From Candidatus Poribacteria bacterium (GTDB taxonomy: Bacteria > Poribacteria > WGA-4E > PCPOR2b), in the NCBI GenBank assembly GCA_965116925.1, contig OZ220744.1:5728001-5792000 (forward strand): 64,000 nt of DNA. Reading direction: 5' to 3'. The notes below the pieces were generated by a model. It saw only the letters and a program-made list of their open reading frames with translations, had not been told where the DNA came from and did no database searches. The position numbers and the translations under genes were made by a program. The stretch's first letter is position 1, and each line of letters begins with the position of its first letter. Positions 18,827 to 28,310 of the stretch are shown here, piece after piece.

Positions 18827-18895
18827 TGTATGAAAGGGAGATAACGGAGAAACAAAAAGGAGCACAACGTGAAGGCTATAAGCGAGAGAATCAAC

Positions 18896-18921
18896 TTTCA
18901 CGTTTCACGTTTCACGTTTCA
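18896..18921. repeat. TTTCACG heptamer tandem repeat
   Basis: (TTTCACG)3 TTTCA; identical array at 31484-31509. Confidence 0.85.
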
Positions 18922-18926
18922 TATCC

Positions 18927-19913
18927 ATGCCAACACCAAGCCTTAACGAAATTTGCCATTTTATTACAGACGATTTGCAGGCTGTCGAAAAAAAACTTAG
19001 CGAGAAAACCACGAGTCATTACGACTTTGTTGATCTTGCCGTCCAGCATGTGGTCGAAGGGGGCGGTAAGCGGCTGCGCCCAATGCTGTTGTTGCTTTCT
19101 GCGAAATCGTGCGGCTACCAAGGTGAGGATGCCCATACGCTTGCAGCAACCGTCGAACTCATCCATGTCGCCTCGCTCGTTCACGATGATGTACTTGATG
19201 AAGCTCCGATGCGTCGGGGGCGTGAAACGTTGCACTCTAAATGGGGCAATAAAGTGGCGGTGCTCGTTGGGGATTATCTCCATGCTCGCGTACTTTCAAT
19301 GCTTGTTGGCCGACGTGCCGATGACGCTGCGATGGCCCTTCTTTCCGATGCAACACATTCGATGTGTGAAGGAGAGGTTATCCACGCCTATAAAAATGGG
19401 GATTTTGACATTTCGCAGGACGACTACCTAAAGATTATCGACCTGAAAACAGGCAAACTTATCACCGCCTCGTGTGCGATGGGAGCGGTACTCGGAACAC
19501 AGGATTCACAAATTATTCAGGCATTAACAGCATACGGAGAAGCTATCGGCGCGGCATTTCAGATTATCGACGATCTCCTTGATCTTGTGGCGGATGGAGA
19601 AACGTTGGGGAAGGAGCCATTTAACGATCTACGTGATGGTAAACTGACATTTCCGATGATTTATGCCCGTAAAGTCTGCACAACCGAAGAGAGGACAGAA
19701 CTCGAACGGCTTTTTAGTTTACAGATGGATGAGACTGGAGCAATCGAATGGATCGAGGCACTGCTTGAACGCTATCAGATTCAGACACATTGCCGTGGGG
19801 TCGCTCAAGAATACGCCGACCACGCAAAATCTGCTCTGAATGTGTTACCCAAAACGCCTGCAAGAGATGCCCTAGCTCAACTTGCGGACTACGGTGTATC
19901 TAGGGATTGGTAA
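18927..19913 (+). CDS. trans-polyprenyl diphosphate synthase (IspB/HepT-like)
   Basis: GGKRLRP, LVHDDVLD (FARM), FQIIDDLLD (SARM). Confidence 0.93.
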   Translation: MPTPSLNEICHFITDDLQAVEKKLSEKTTSHYDFVDLAVQHVVEGGGKRLRPMLLLLSAKSCGYQGEDAHTLAATVELIHVASLVHDDVLDEAPMRRGRETLHSKWGNKVAVLVGDYLHARVLSMLVGRRADDAAMALLSDATHSMCEGEVIHAYKNGDFDISQDDYLKIIDLKTGKLITASCAMGAVLGTQDSQIIQALTAYGEAIGAAFQIIDDLLDLVADGETLGKEPFNDLRDGKLTFPMIYARKVCTTEERTELERLFSLQMDETGAIEWIEALLERYQIQTHCRGVAQEYADHAKSALNVLPKTPARDALAQLADYGVSRDW

Positions 19914-20002
19914 AAAAAGAATAATGCGTAATTCGTAATGCGTAAAAAAGGGCGGCCGGACAAGAAAAGCCTACAACGACCTATTGTGTTACTTTTTATA
20001 CT

Positions 20003-21175
20003 ATGTTCTATCCAGCGTATCTGAACCTCCAAAACCGTAAGTGTCTTGTTGTGGGTGCAGGGCTTGTCGCCGAACGAAAGGTGCTCTCTCTGCTGCGCAG
20101 CGGCGGGGATGTAACGCTAATCAGTCCCGAAGCGACGCAAGCCAATGTGGATTTGGCACAGAGCAATCAGATTACATGGCATAAACGTCAGTTTCGGTCT
20201 GGTGATACGGAAGGGATGTTCCTCGTCTGTGCGGCAACCGATCTGCCGGAGATCAACACACAAGTCTTTAAAGAAGCACACGAAGTATACGGAATCAATC
20301 TTGTCAATGTGGTTGATGTGATTCCTGAATGTACCTTTGCAGCGGCGTCCGTGATTACGCACGAGGACCTGACGATTAGTATCTCCACAAGCGGCAAAAG
20401 CCCAGCGTTGTCCAGACGCATCCGAGAATATCTTGAAGCGAAATTCGGAGCGGCATCTCTCTATGATGAACCGTCTGAGCCGACTTTCAACCTGCCTCTC
20501 AAGGGGGCTGGACTTCCGTATCCGGTCTATTTTCTGTTGGAGGATCGTCCCTGTGCCGTAATCAGCGATTCGGAGGAGATGAGCGGACCGCTTGCACAAA
20601 GATTAGATCTATTGCTGCGTTGCGGTGCATCTGTTGATCGAGTTGTCCCGAACTCTGATAACTTGGAACATATATCAGATGCCTTCCTTGTGTTGGTTGA
20701 CAATTTCGGGACTGGAGATTTTGCTTTAGCGAATCATAGTCAGCATCAATTAATTGAATTCATCAATGCTCCAAGATTTAGCACATTTACCACGCCGCCG
20801 TTGGTGAGAGACGGCGATTTGATTATCAGCATTTCCGCCAATCATATTCAGGAGACTAACAAAGATGTAGTCGGAAGAGATAAAATCGAATCTGTACAAA
20901 CCCAACTCGCCCATCAGTTTGAAAATAACGGTTATGGGGAGTTTATCGATTTTCTCGGGTTGCTACGCCCTACGGTGATGGAATCTATCCCAACTCAGAA
21001 GGGACGCCAGCGATACTTCGATCGCCTCATCGATCAGGTTCCTGGAAGTGAAGGGCAGAAGTGCTGCTTAGGTTTTGAAGACGCTAACTGTGCGGTCAAA
21101 TGCACTTTCAACATGATTCGCAGTGGGCAAACAGACGTTGCTGGTCAATATGCCCTCCAACGAATCTGCGAATAA
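20003..21175 (+). CDS. precorrin-2 dehydrogenase/sirohydrochlorin ferrochelatase (SirC/CysG-N) with duplicated second domain
   Basis: YPAYLNL...LVVGAGLVAERK, NVVD, ISISTSGKSPALSRRIR; second degenerate copy from LPYPVYFLL. Confidence 0.85.
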   Translation: MFYPAYLNLQNRKCLVVGAGLVAERKVLSLLRSGGDVTLISPEATQANVDLAQSNQITWHKRQFRSGDTEGMFLVCAATDLPEINTQVFKEAHEVYGINLVNVVDVIPECTFAAASVITHEDLTISISTSGKSPALSRRIREYLEAKFGAASLYDEPSEPTFNLPLKGAGLPYPVYFLLEDRPCAVISDSEEMSGPLAQRLDLLLRCGASVDRVVPNSDNLEHISDAFLVLVDNFGTGDFALANHSQHQLIEFINAPRFSTFTTPPLVRDGDLIISISANHIQETNKDVVGRDKIESVQTQLAHQFENNGYGEFIDFLGLLRPTVMESIPTQKGRQRYFDRLIDQVPGSEGQKCCLGFEDANCAVKCTFNMIRSGQTDVAGQYALQRICE

Positions 21176-21181
21176 GTTTAA

Positions 21182-21272
21182 GGCTCGTATAAAAAGAAAG
21201 TGCAAAGCATGGAGAGAAACCGAGTTTTGCCGAAAAAACTCGGTTTCTTTGCAGTAAACCTTAACATGAACG
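21182..21272. mobile_element. MITE family B copy 3
   Basis: GGCTCGT...ACATGAACG with TSD AAGTTTAA (21174-21181, 21273-21280); internal AGAAACCGAGTTTT/AAAACTCGGTTTCT hairpin. Confidence 0.85.
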
Positions 21273-21309
21273 AAGTTTAATAAATACGCTTCTTACGTTT
21301 TATATCGCG

Positions 21310-22125
21310 ATGAATTCACTGTTTTTTCACACGCTTTTGCTGGTCTATTTGGCGGCGAGCATATTGCATATTCTTTTCCTTACAACAGGGAATCAAAAGG
21401 TCACGAAATTCGCCTACGGGCTAACGATAGGAGGATTTGTGCTGCACTCAGCCTTTATTCTCTTGCGTTGGCAGCACGCGGGACACCTGATGGCACATTG
21501 GTATGATTCAACCTCCTTCCTAGCGTGGGCGATTATCTTGATTTATCTGTGTATTGCACATCTGACTCGCCTCCGCACGATCGGGGTTTTTGTGGTTCCT
21601 GCTGCTTTTATAGCCACTTTAGTCGCTTATACACTACAAACTCAGGAAAATACTGCGATTCCTACTTATCTCAAAAATTACTGGCTTATCGCCCATTCTT
21701 CCGTTATTTTTCTGGCTTACGCCGCGTTCGTTGCCGCGTTTGGGTTTGGACTGATGTACTTGATTGAAGAGAAGAAAATTCGTGAGAAACAGCATACGCT
21801 CATCTACAATCTTCTGCCCGCGCTTGGACGATCCGATGAGCTCGGTCACAAATGTATCTTCGTTGGCGTAATTTTGATGACGATGGGCATCCTTATTGGG
21901 GTGCTTTGGACACAGTACGTTACAGAAGTCAAATGGATATGGGTTGATGCAAAAGTTATCTTCACAATCGCCACATGGCTTATCTATGTGTTACAACTCA
22001 GCATCCGTCAAATTCTCGGTTGGCGCGGACGTAAAACTGCGTATTCCGCAATCATTGGTCTTGCTGCTGTGTTATTTACCTATGCAGGCGTTAATCTTTT
22101 TTTACCGAGTATACACGCATTCTAA
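21310..22125 (+). CDS. CcsA/HemX-like cytochrome c assembly membrane protein
   Basis: About 8 TM segments, WLIAH, WIWVDAK Trp-rich motif, GWRGRK, terminal His; adjacent to hemA. Confidence 0.85.
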   Translation: MNSLFFHTLLLVYLAASILHILFLTTGNQKVTKFAYGLTIGGFVLHSAFILLRWQHAGHLMAHWYDSTSFLAWAIILIYLCIAHLTRLRTIGVFVVPAAFIATLVAYTLQTQENTAIPTYLKNYWLIAHSSVIFLAYAAFVAAFGFGLMYLIEEKKIREKQHTLIYNLLPALGRSDELGHKCIFVGVILMTMGILIGVLWTQYVTEVKWIWVDAKVIFTIATWLIYVLQLSIRQILGWRGRKTAYSAIIGLAAVLFTYAGVNLFLPSIHAF

Positions 22126-22135
22126 CATTTAACAG

Positions 22136-23461
22136 ATGAACCAAATTGTTACTGTTGGCACAAGCCATCATATTGCACCACTCGATTTTCGGGAACGGTT
22201 GTCGTTTTCTGAAAGCCAGCTTACAGAAGCTTTCCAACTTTTAGGGGAACATCCCGATATTGATGAGACAGCGATTCTCTCGACCTGCAATCGTGTTGAA
22301 GTCTATGCCGTGACCCGCAGTAAAGATGGCTGTGCTGTGCTTTCCGATTTTCTATCAAATTATCATCGAATCAAACCGCAACAGCTGGGCAAGTTTACAT
22401 ATAGTCATCAAGATCTTGATGCCGTTCGCCATCTTTTTAATGTAACCGCAAGTCTCGATTCTATGGTTGTCGGTGAACCACAGATTCTCGGTCAGGTGAA
22501 AGAGGCGTATGCTCAATCACTCGCTGTTGGTGCGACCGGTGATATTCTGAATCGTCTATTTACCAAGGCACTGCGTGTCGGCAAGCGCGTTCGCACCGAG
22601 ACCAATATCGCCGCCGGTGCGGTATCCATCAGTTACGCAGCGGTTGAACTTGCTAAGAAGATCTTTCAAAGTTTGGAAGATAAAACGGTCGCCATCATCG
22701 GTGCCGGCGAGATGAGTGAATTAACGGCGCAACACCTTGTGAAGAACAATGTATCCAAAGTCATCGTGGCGAACCGAACCTATCAGCGTGCGGTTGACAT
22801 CGCCAAAAAATTTAATGGGATCCCCCTAGCATACGACGCTGATCTGAGTTTCCTTGTCGAAGCGGATATTGTGATCAGCTCGACCGATGCACCCCATTAT
22901 CTAATTGACCGGCATTCACTCGCAGAGATTATGAGACAGCGGAAGCACCGTTATATGTTCCTGATTGACATCGCTGTGCCTCGTGATATTGACCCCGAAG
23001 TGAGCAAAGTAGACAACGCCTTCCTGTATAATATTGATGATCTTGAAGCGGTGGTCGCCTCCAACCTCAAGGACCGGGGACAAGAGGCAGAGATTGCAGC
23101 ACAGATTGTCAAAGAGGAAGTCGCAAAATTTCAGTTACAGTTGCAAGCCTTTGAAGTCAATCCAACAATCAAAGCACTCCATCAGCAATTTCAAGGGGTT
23201 GTTTCAAAAGAGTTGGAGGTGTGCTTTGGCAAAGCAAAGCTGAGCTCCGAACAACAGCAGACAGTTGAAGCAATGACGCAAGCGATTATAAAAAAATTGT
23301 TGCATCAACCGACGACGAATTTGCGCCAAGTTGCTTTGAATTCTGATCTTATCGGCGCGGTCGATGATATTAACGACGAACATGTGCAGTATGTCCGGGC
23401 CCTGCAGGAACTGTTTGATTTGGAACAAGTAGAGGATATTAGCAAAGAAAATAAAGATTGA
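22136..23461 (+). CDS. hemA: glutamyl-tRNA reductase
   Basis: STCNRVE, SLDSMVVGEPQILGQVK, GAGEM, DIAVPRDI. Confidence 0.97.
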   Translation: MNQIVTVGTSHHIAPLDFRERLSFSESQLTEAFQLLGEHPDIDETAILSTCNRVEVYAVTRSKDGCAVLSDFLSNYHRIKPQQLGKFTYSHQDLDAVRHLFNVTASLDSMVVGEPQILGQVKEAYAQSLAVGATGDILNRLFTKALRVGKRVRTETNIAAGAVSISYAAVELAKKIFQSLEDKTVAIIGAGEMSELTAQHLVKNNVSKVIVANRTYQRAVDIAKKFNGIPLAYDADLSFLVEADIVISSTDAPHYLIDRHSLAEIMRQRKHRYMFLIDIAVPRDIDPEVSKVDNAFLYNIDDLEAVVASNLKDRGQEAEIAAQIVKEEVAKFQLQLQAFEVNPTIKALHQQFQGVVSKELEVCFGKAKLSSEQQQTVEAMTQAIIKKLLHQPTTNLRQVALNSDLIGAVDDINDEHVQYVRALQELFDLEQVEDISKENKD

Positions 23462-23498
23462 AGTCGATGTGAGACAAGGTCGGATAAAGGGATTCACA

Positions 23499-23639
23499 AT
23501 GGAAACATTTGGAATTATCGGAATGGCACTTGGAACGACTGGCTTTCTCTTTGGCATGTTAGCTTATGTTTTGACTGCTCGCCTCCAAGGACGGATAGAA
23601 CGCTTGGAATCTGAGCTTGAAAAATTGAAAGCTGAATAG
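23499..23639 (+). CDS. small single-TM protein with coiled-coil tail (46 aa)
   Basis: Below ORF-track cutoff: METFGIIGMALGTTGFLFGMLAYVLTARLQGRIERLESELEKLKAE; AAAGGGA RBS. Confidence 0.6.
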   Translation: METFGIIGMALGTTGFLFGMLAYVLTARLQGRIERLESELEKLKAE

Positions 23640-23666
23640 CGTTGCTTGAGTCTTTTTAACGGTTTT

Positions 23667-23771
23667 TATAGTAGATCTTAGAATTAATGAGACACGCCAA
23701 ACCGGTGCGGTTGAAAACCGCACCTACCGGGTCTGGGGGAAAGTGTCCATTTATTTTTTGCATTCACTATA
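23667..23771. mobile_element. MITE family A copy 2
   Basis: TATAGTAGATCTTAGAATTAAT...TTCACTATA with internal CCGGTGCGGTTGAAAACCGCACCTACC. Confidence 0.8.
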
Positions 23772-23845
23772 TATGAGTCGGTTGGGCGCAACTGAACTGT
23801 CGGGAGATTCGTTAGCATCCACCCCGCAAGCCGAGAGGCTTTGAC

Positions 23846-24787
23846 ATGAAAAGCACTATTACCATCGGTACACGCGGCAGCCAACTTGCCCTCTGGCAGG
23901 CAGAATATGTGAGGAAGCGTCTGAATGATCGCTTTCCCGACCGCTCGATTGAACTCAAGGTTATCAAGACAACGGGGGACAGAATTACAGACCGCTCTCT
24001 CGTCGGACTCGGTAAGGGGGTCTTTACAAAGGAGATCGAAATCGCGCTTTTGGACGGCACAATAGATCTCGCTGTCCACAGCATGAAAGACCTGCCAACG
24101 GATCTGCCCGATGGGCTTTGTATCGCCGCTATCCCTGTCCGTGAAGACCCTCGCGATGTGCTAGTCACGGAATCTGGACTGCTCCTCGATCAACTCCCGA
24201 AAGGAGCGAAAATTGGAACGACAAGCCCACGCCGTAAATCTCAGCTGTTACACTTACGTCCCGATTTGCAGGTTGTGGATGTTCGCGGAAATCTTGACAC
24301 GCGCCTTCGCAAGCTGCATGAGACAGAGCTTGATGGTGTTATCCTTGCCGCGGCGGGAATTAAACGGTTGATTGGTGAGGAAATTGTTACAGAATATTTT
24401 GAGGCAGATCAGATGGTCCCTGCTGCCGGGCAAGGGGCATTGGGGGTAGAAGCGCGCGCTGATGACCTTGAAATCAAGGCATTGTTAGACGCAATTAACG
24501 ATAGTTGTAGCGAAACTGAGGTGTTTGCAGAGCGGGTTGTGTTGGGTGAATTGGGTGGTGGGTGTCAAGTTCCGATTGGTGTGAACGCACTGTTGGAGGA
24601 CGATAGGCTTCATCTGATTGCTACGGTTTGCAGCCCTGACGGAAAACATCGCCTTCTTGAGAGGCTATCGAGTAATTCAGCGTGTGCCCAAGAGTTGGGG
24701 GTCAACCTTGCAACGAAGTTGATTCAGAATGGAGCGCACAAACTTGAGAGTCAGTTACCCCGCCCTGAAGTGACGGTGCTTGTTTGA
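23846..24787 (+). CDS. hemC: hydroxymethylbilane synthase (C-terminus supplied by IS)
   Basis: IGTRGSQLALWQ, GKGVFTKE, AVHSMKD, RGNLDTRL, GGGCQVPIG. Confidence 0.97.
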   Translation: MKSTITIGTRGSQLALWQAEYVRKRLNDRFPDRSIELKVIKTTGDRITDRSLVGLGKGVFTKEIEIALLDGTIDLAVHSMKDLPTDLPDGLCIAAIPVREDPRDVLVTESGLLLDQLPKGAKIGTTSPRRKSQLLHLRPDLQVVDVRGNLDTRLRKLHETELDGVILAAAGIKRLIGEEIVTEYFEADQMVPAAGQGALGVEARADDLEIKALLDAINDSCSETEVFAERVVLGELGGGCQVPIGVNALLEDDRLHLIATVCSPDGKHRLLERLSSNSACAQELGVNLATKLIQNGAHKLESQLPRPEVTVLV

Positions 24788-25977
24788 AGCATCCGTCCAA
24801 CGGGTCTTACAAAGTTTCGCGCTTCTGTCCCCTGACGGGGGATTTCGGGGTCGTTTGCAACCGACGCACCTCCACGCAAGGCTACAGCAGCCTTTTTGAT
24901 ATTTATCGCGGCGTTATGGTCTCTATTGAGGACCAACCCACAATGGGGGCAATCATGGAGACGATCCGACAACTGTTTAGGCACAATCTCACGACAACCG
25001 GAGCATTGCTGACTGGTATGGTGAGGTTTCACTTTGGTGAACTGCTTGCCGGCACTTGCAGCCTTGCTTTGCAGTTTCAATCGAAAGCTACCCCATCCCG
25101 CGTCAGATATACTCTTGGCGAGGTAGTGATTCTTCAACATATTGGTAATGGTCAAGTTCTCTACAGCGACCTCATCACATCGTTCAAGGATACGATGGGC
25201 TGCCTTAAACTGGAAATCCTTGCGCTGATTCGCTATCCGTTCATGGCAACGGGCGACAATCTCACGTTGTTTTGCCCGGCGGCGGCTCCCCTTTTTGCGG
25301 CGAGACAATACGCGTTGATGTTTGCCAAGGCGTTTTTCAGACTGACGATAATGGCGGGGGTTGGGGATATGTTCGCCATCCGAATCTACGGCAAACGAGT
25401 TAAGTCCCACATCTACGCCGATCGTTGTGTGGACAGGGACTTCTATAGGATCTGGCCCTTCGACGCAGATAGTTACATACCAACCGCTGGCTCGCTTGAT
25501 GACCGTCAGATTCTTGATGTTGCCATCGGCTAAGGGGCGGTGATAACGGATCTTGAGGTGTCCTATTTTCGGAACAACGACTTTGGCAAACTTACGATGT
25601 ACACTCCGGACCAGCTGCTTGGACAGGTGGCTAAAGGTCATTGACCGGTATCGCCCTTCGCCTTTGAAGCGTGGGAAGCCCGGTGCCTCTCCGTTCTTGG
25701 CACGGCGGAAGAATGCTTTGTACGCTTTATCCAAACGGCGCATCGCATCTTGGAGAACATCCGCGTGAAGTCCTGCATAAGCCTTGGAGGCTGTTTTCAA
25801 GTCAGGTAAGGCGTTGGCTTGGGTCGTCCATTTGACAGAATCATTATTTTTCTTATAAGCGTCTATCCGCCACGCTAACGCTTGATTGTAGAGATTTCGC
25901 AACAAGGCAAGCCAAAGCAAAAAAGTATGTCGCTGTTTCGTCGTAGGATAGGCGCGATATTCATAAGTCTTTTTCAT
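24751..25977 (-). CDS. tnpB: RNA-guided endonuclease TnpB
   Basis: YEYRAYPT, PGFPRFK, RuvC IGVDVG / VAVENL / RDHNAAINI, zinc finger CSGC..CPHC; start 25977 or in-frame 26001. Confidence 0.95.
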   Translation of the reverse strand: MKKTYEYRAYPTTKQRHTFLLWLALLRNLYNQALAWRIDAYKKNNDSVKWTTQANALPDLKTASKAYAGLHADVLQDAMRRLDKAYKAFFRRAKNGEAPGFPRFKGEGRYRSMTFSHLSKQLVRSVHRKFAKVVVPKIGHLKIRYHRPLADGNIKNLTVIKRASGWYVTICVEGPDPIEVPVHTTIGVDVGLNSFAVDSDGEHIPNPRHYRQSEKRLGKHQRVLSRRKKGSRRRAKQREIVARCHERIANQRKDFQFKAAHRILERCDEVAVENLTITNMLKNHYLAKSISDAGWGSFRLKLQSKAASAGKQFTKVKPHHTSQQCSGCREIVPKQLSDRLHDCPHCGLVLNRDHNAAINIKKAAVALRGGASVANDPEIPRQGTEARNFVRPVGRMLQTSTVTSGRGN

Positions 25978-25991
25978 ATGAGTTAGCTTTC

Positions 25992-26069
25992 TGGCTTTCA
26001 TTCCTTTTCTACGAGGTGTAGGGGACATCCCGAAGGGTTCGGGATGGTAGAAATCCCCTACGAAAGCCA
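25992..26069 (-). ncRNA. candidate structured 5' leader RNA of tnpB
   Basis: P1 UGGCUUUC/GAAAGCCA, P2 GUAGGGGA/UCCCCUAC, P3 CAUCCCGAA/UUCGGGAUG, P4 CCU/AGG, pseudoknot UUUCUAC/GUAGAAA. Confidence 0.7.
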
Positions 26070-26074
26070 TAAGA

Positions 26075-26103
26075 ACTGTACCATATTTCACACAACTTTT
26101 CAA
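26075..26103 (-). promoter_or_regulatory. IS-borne sigma70 promoter for tnpB
   Basis: Minus strand TTGAAA-17nt-TACAGT with TGn. Confidence 0.7.
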
Positions 26104-26304
26104 CGAAAAAGGAGCGCAGTTTCCTCCCCGCTCTAAAGAATGGGGGCTCCACTGCGAAGAGTTGATGAAATGTGAAACGTGATGGAAAGAGATGAAAGAG
26201 GGAAACTGAAAATAGGATAATGGGACTTGGGCTTCTCGTTTTCTCACTTTCTGCTTTTTCGCTCTTCGTGCATTACGTTTCACGCACTACGTAAAGCGTG
26301 AATC

Positions 26305-27843
26305 ATGGCTGCCATAAATGGTAAAGTCTATCTTGTTGGAGCGGGACCGGGCGATCCGAAACTGATAACGCTCAAAGGGATTGAATGTCTCCAACGCGCA
26401 GATGTAGTAATCTATGACCTGCTTATCAACGTCAAATTACTTGAACACTGTCCCGTACATACCGAAAAAATCTATGGCGGAAAGATGATAGGCGAGCAGG
26501 AAGAACGCCAAGCCGAAATTGACGATCTGATGATTTGGCACGCAAAGGCAGGCAAAACGGTTGTCCGACTCAAAGGCGGTGATCCGTTTATATTTGGGAG
26601 AGGTGGAGAAGAGGCACTGACACTTGTGGAGGCGGGAATTGATTTTGAGGTCGTGCCCGGTATTACTTCAGCGATTGCCGCCCCGGCGTATGCAGGTATC
26701 CCTTTGACGCATCGGAGTTATTCCTCCTCTGTCGCATTTGTCACAGGGCATTCGGCGGCGTTGAAAGCGGATTCGACAATCCGTTGGGAGCAGCTCGCTA
26801 CAGGTGTGGATACGCTGGTTATTCTTATGGGGGTAGGGCATTTACGCGAGATTGCAGCGCGTTTGGTTCAACATGGTCGTTCACCTGAGACACCGATCTC
26901 TCTCGTCCATTGGGGAACAACACCGCAGCAAAAGACACTTGAAGGAACCCTCGCAGACATCGCTCAAAAGGCAGAGGCTGTCAGTTTTCGGAATCCGGCG
27001 GCAATTGTCGTCGGTGACGTCAATGCTTTGCGCGAACAATTGCGCTGGTTTGATCAAAAACCGCTTTTCGGTCGTCGGATTATCGTCACCCGCGCTCGGG
27101 CGCAAGCGAGCGACTTTGCGGAATACCTTGAATCCTATGGTGCCGAGGTTATCCAGTTTCCGACGATTGAAACCGAGCCGATTCCCGACAATGCTACGTT
27201 GGACGGGGCAATTGATCAACTTGCAATCTACAACTGGGTCATTTTTACCAGCGTCAATGCTGTGGAATATTTCTATCGTCACCTGCGAGAAAACGGCAAA
27301 GACACTCGATCACTTGGAAATGCACGTATCTGTGCAATTGGACAAAAAACCGTAGCGGCATTAGATCAGATCGGAATTTGTGCAGATTATGTTCCGTCGC
27401 AATATCGCGGTGCAATCCTTGCAGCAGAGTTAGAGGGTGTGGAAGGGCAAAAGATTCTACTGCCACGCGCCACGATCGCTGCGGATGACTTACCCAACGG
27501 CTTACGAGATAGAGGCGCGATTGTCGATGCTATTCCGATTTATGAGACCGTCAAAACCGGTGCAGAGGGATGCGAGACACTCGAAGCGGACCTACATAAT
27601 GGACGAATCGACACGGTAACATTTACAAGTTCATCAACTGTTACCAATTTTCTTGAGATGTTCGGTTCATACCCGTCCGCTGCCTTGCTCGATCAGGTTC
27701 ATATTGCGGTGATCGGACCGTCAACTGAAGCAACCGCTAAAGCGAATGGATTGACGGTAGATATAGTTGCAAAGCAAGCATCTGTAGAATCACTTGCGGC
27801 AGAGATTGTTGAATTTTATAGAGAAAAGGAGAAAGAAAAATGA
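26305..27843 (+). CDS. cobA: uroporphyrinogen-III C-methyltransferase / uroporphyrinogen-III synthase fusion (CobA-HemD)
   Basis: [27 protein letters not shown], then [19 protein letters not shown]. Confidence 0.95.
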   Translation: MAAINGKVYLVGAGPGDPKLITLKGIECLQRADVVIYDLLINVKLLEHCPVHTEKIYGGKMIGEQEERQAEIDDLMIWHAKAGKTVVRLKGGDPFIFGRGGEEALTLVEAGIDFEVVPGITSAIAAPAYAGIPLTHRSYSSSVAFVTGHSAALKADSTIRWEQLATGVDTLVILMGVGHLREIAARLVQHGRSPETPISLVHWGTTPQQKTLEGTLADIAQKAEAVSFRNPAAIVVGDVNALREQLRWFDQKPLFGRRIIVTRARAQASDFAEYLESYGAEVIQFPTIETEPIPDNATLDGAIDQLAIYNWVIFTSVNAVEYFYRHLRENGKDTRSLGNARICAIGQKTVAALDQIGICADYVPSQYRGAILAAELEGVEGQKILLPRATIAADDLPNGLRDRGAIVDAIPIYETVKTGAEGCETLEADLHNGRIDTVTFTSSSTVTNFLEMFGSYPSAALLDQVHIAVIGPSTEATAKANGLTVDIVAKQASVESLAAEIVEFYREKEKEK

Positions 27844-28286
27844 ATCGAAAAAGGACTAAAATCATCATTGCGAGTCTTATCTTAGCAGCTGCGATGGCAT
27901 TTCTCGTCGTTGCGGGGGTGAAGAACACAAGCATGAGACACTTCACGCCTGACGCGCTCGTTGCACACGCGCAAGAGGTTCACAATAAGGGCATCCAGGT
28001 GGATGGGTTGATTGCGGAAGGTACCACCCAATGGGATCCAATAAAGTTTCAACTCACCTTTGCGGTACGAGATCGAGACGGGCAAGCAAGCGTCAAGGTC
28101 CTCTATGCAAATAGACTCAGACCCGACAATTTCAAAGATGGCGGAGATGTCTTTGTTCAAGGGAAGTATAACGCAGCCGAAAACCTTATCGTTGCCTCCA
28201 AACTCCAAACGAAGTGTGCGTCGAAGTATGAAGCAGCCGAAGGCATGACGGCACAGACTGTTGGAACCGATACGGCCGATTATTGA
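27840..28286 (+). CDS. ccmE: heme chaperone CcmE, Cys variant
   Basis: N-terminal TM, PDNFKDG, KCASKY (CxxxY). Confidence 0.9.
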   Translation: MNRKRTKIIIASLILAAAMAFLVVAGVKNTSMRHFTPDALVAHAQEVHNKGIQVDGLIAEGTTQWDPIKFQLTFAVRDRDGQASVKVLYANRLRPDNFKDGGDVFVQGKYNAAENLIVASKLQTKCASKYEAAEGMTAQTVGTDTADY

Positions 28287-28310
28287 GCCTCAAAAGGAAA
28301 GACACGCGTT

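Larger units (their letters stand above)
24750..26164 (-). mobile_element. IS200/IS605 family tnpB-only element (IS1341-like)
   Basis: Left end after TTCAT with CGCAGT/ACTGCG hairpin; right end ...CTTCAGGGCGGGGTAACTGAC; removing it restores a hemC ending KLENEM*. Confidence 0.9.

Noticed and set aside
18826..19431. 201-aa ORF overlapping the polyprenyl synthase
   Set aside because: Alternate-frame ORF starting in repeat DNA, with no recognisable motifs.
24784..25533. 249-aa plus-strand ORF inside the IS as a possible tnpA
   Set aside because: Antisense to tnpB, with no HUH/Y1 or serine-recombinase motifs.
26002..26283. Long N-terminal extension of TnpB in the ORF track
   Set aside because: It runs through the leader, promoter, IS left end and flanking repeats, so the real start is 25977 or 26001.
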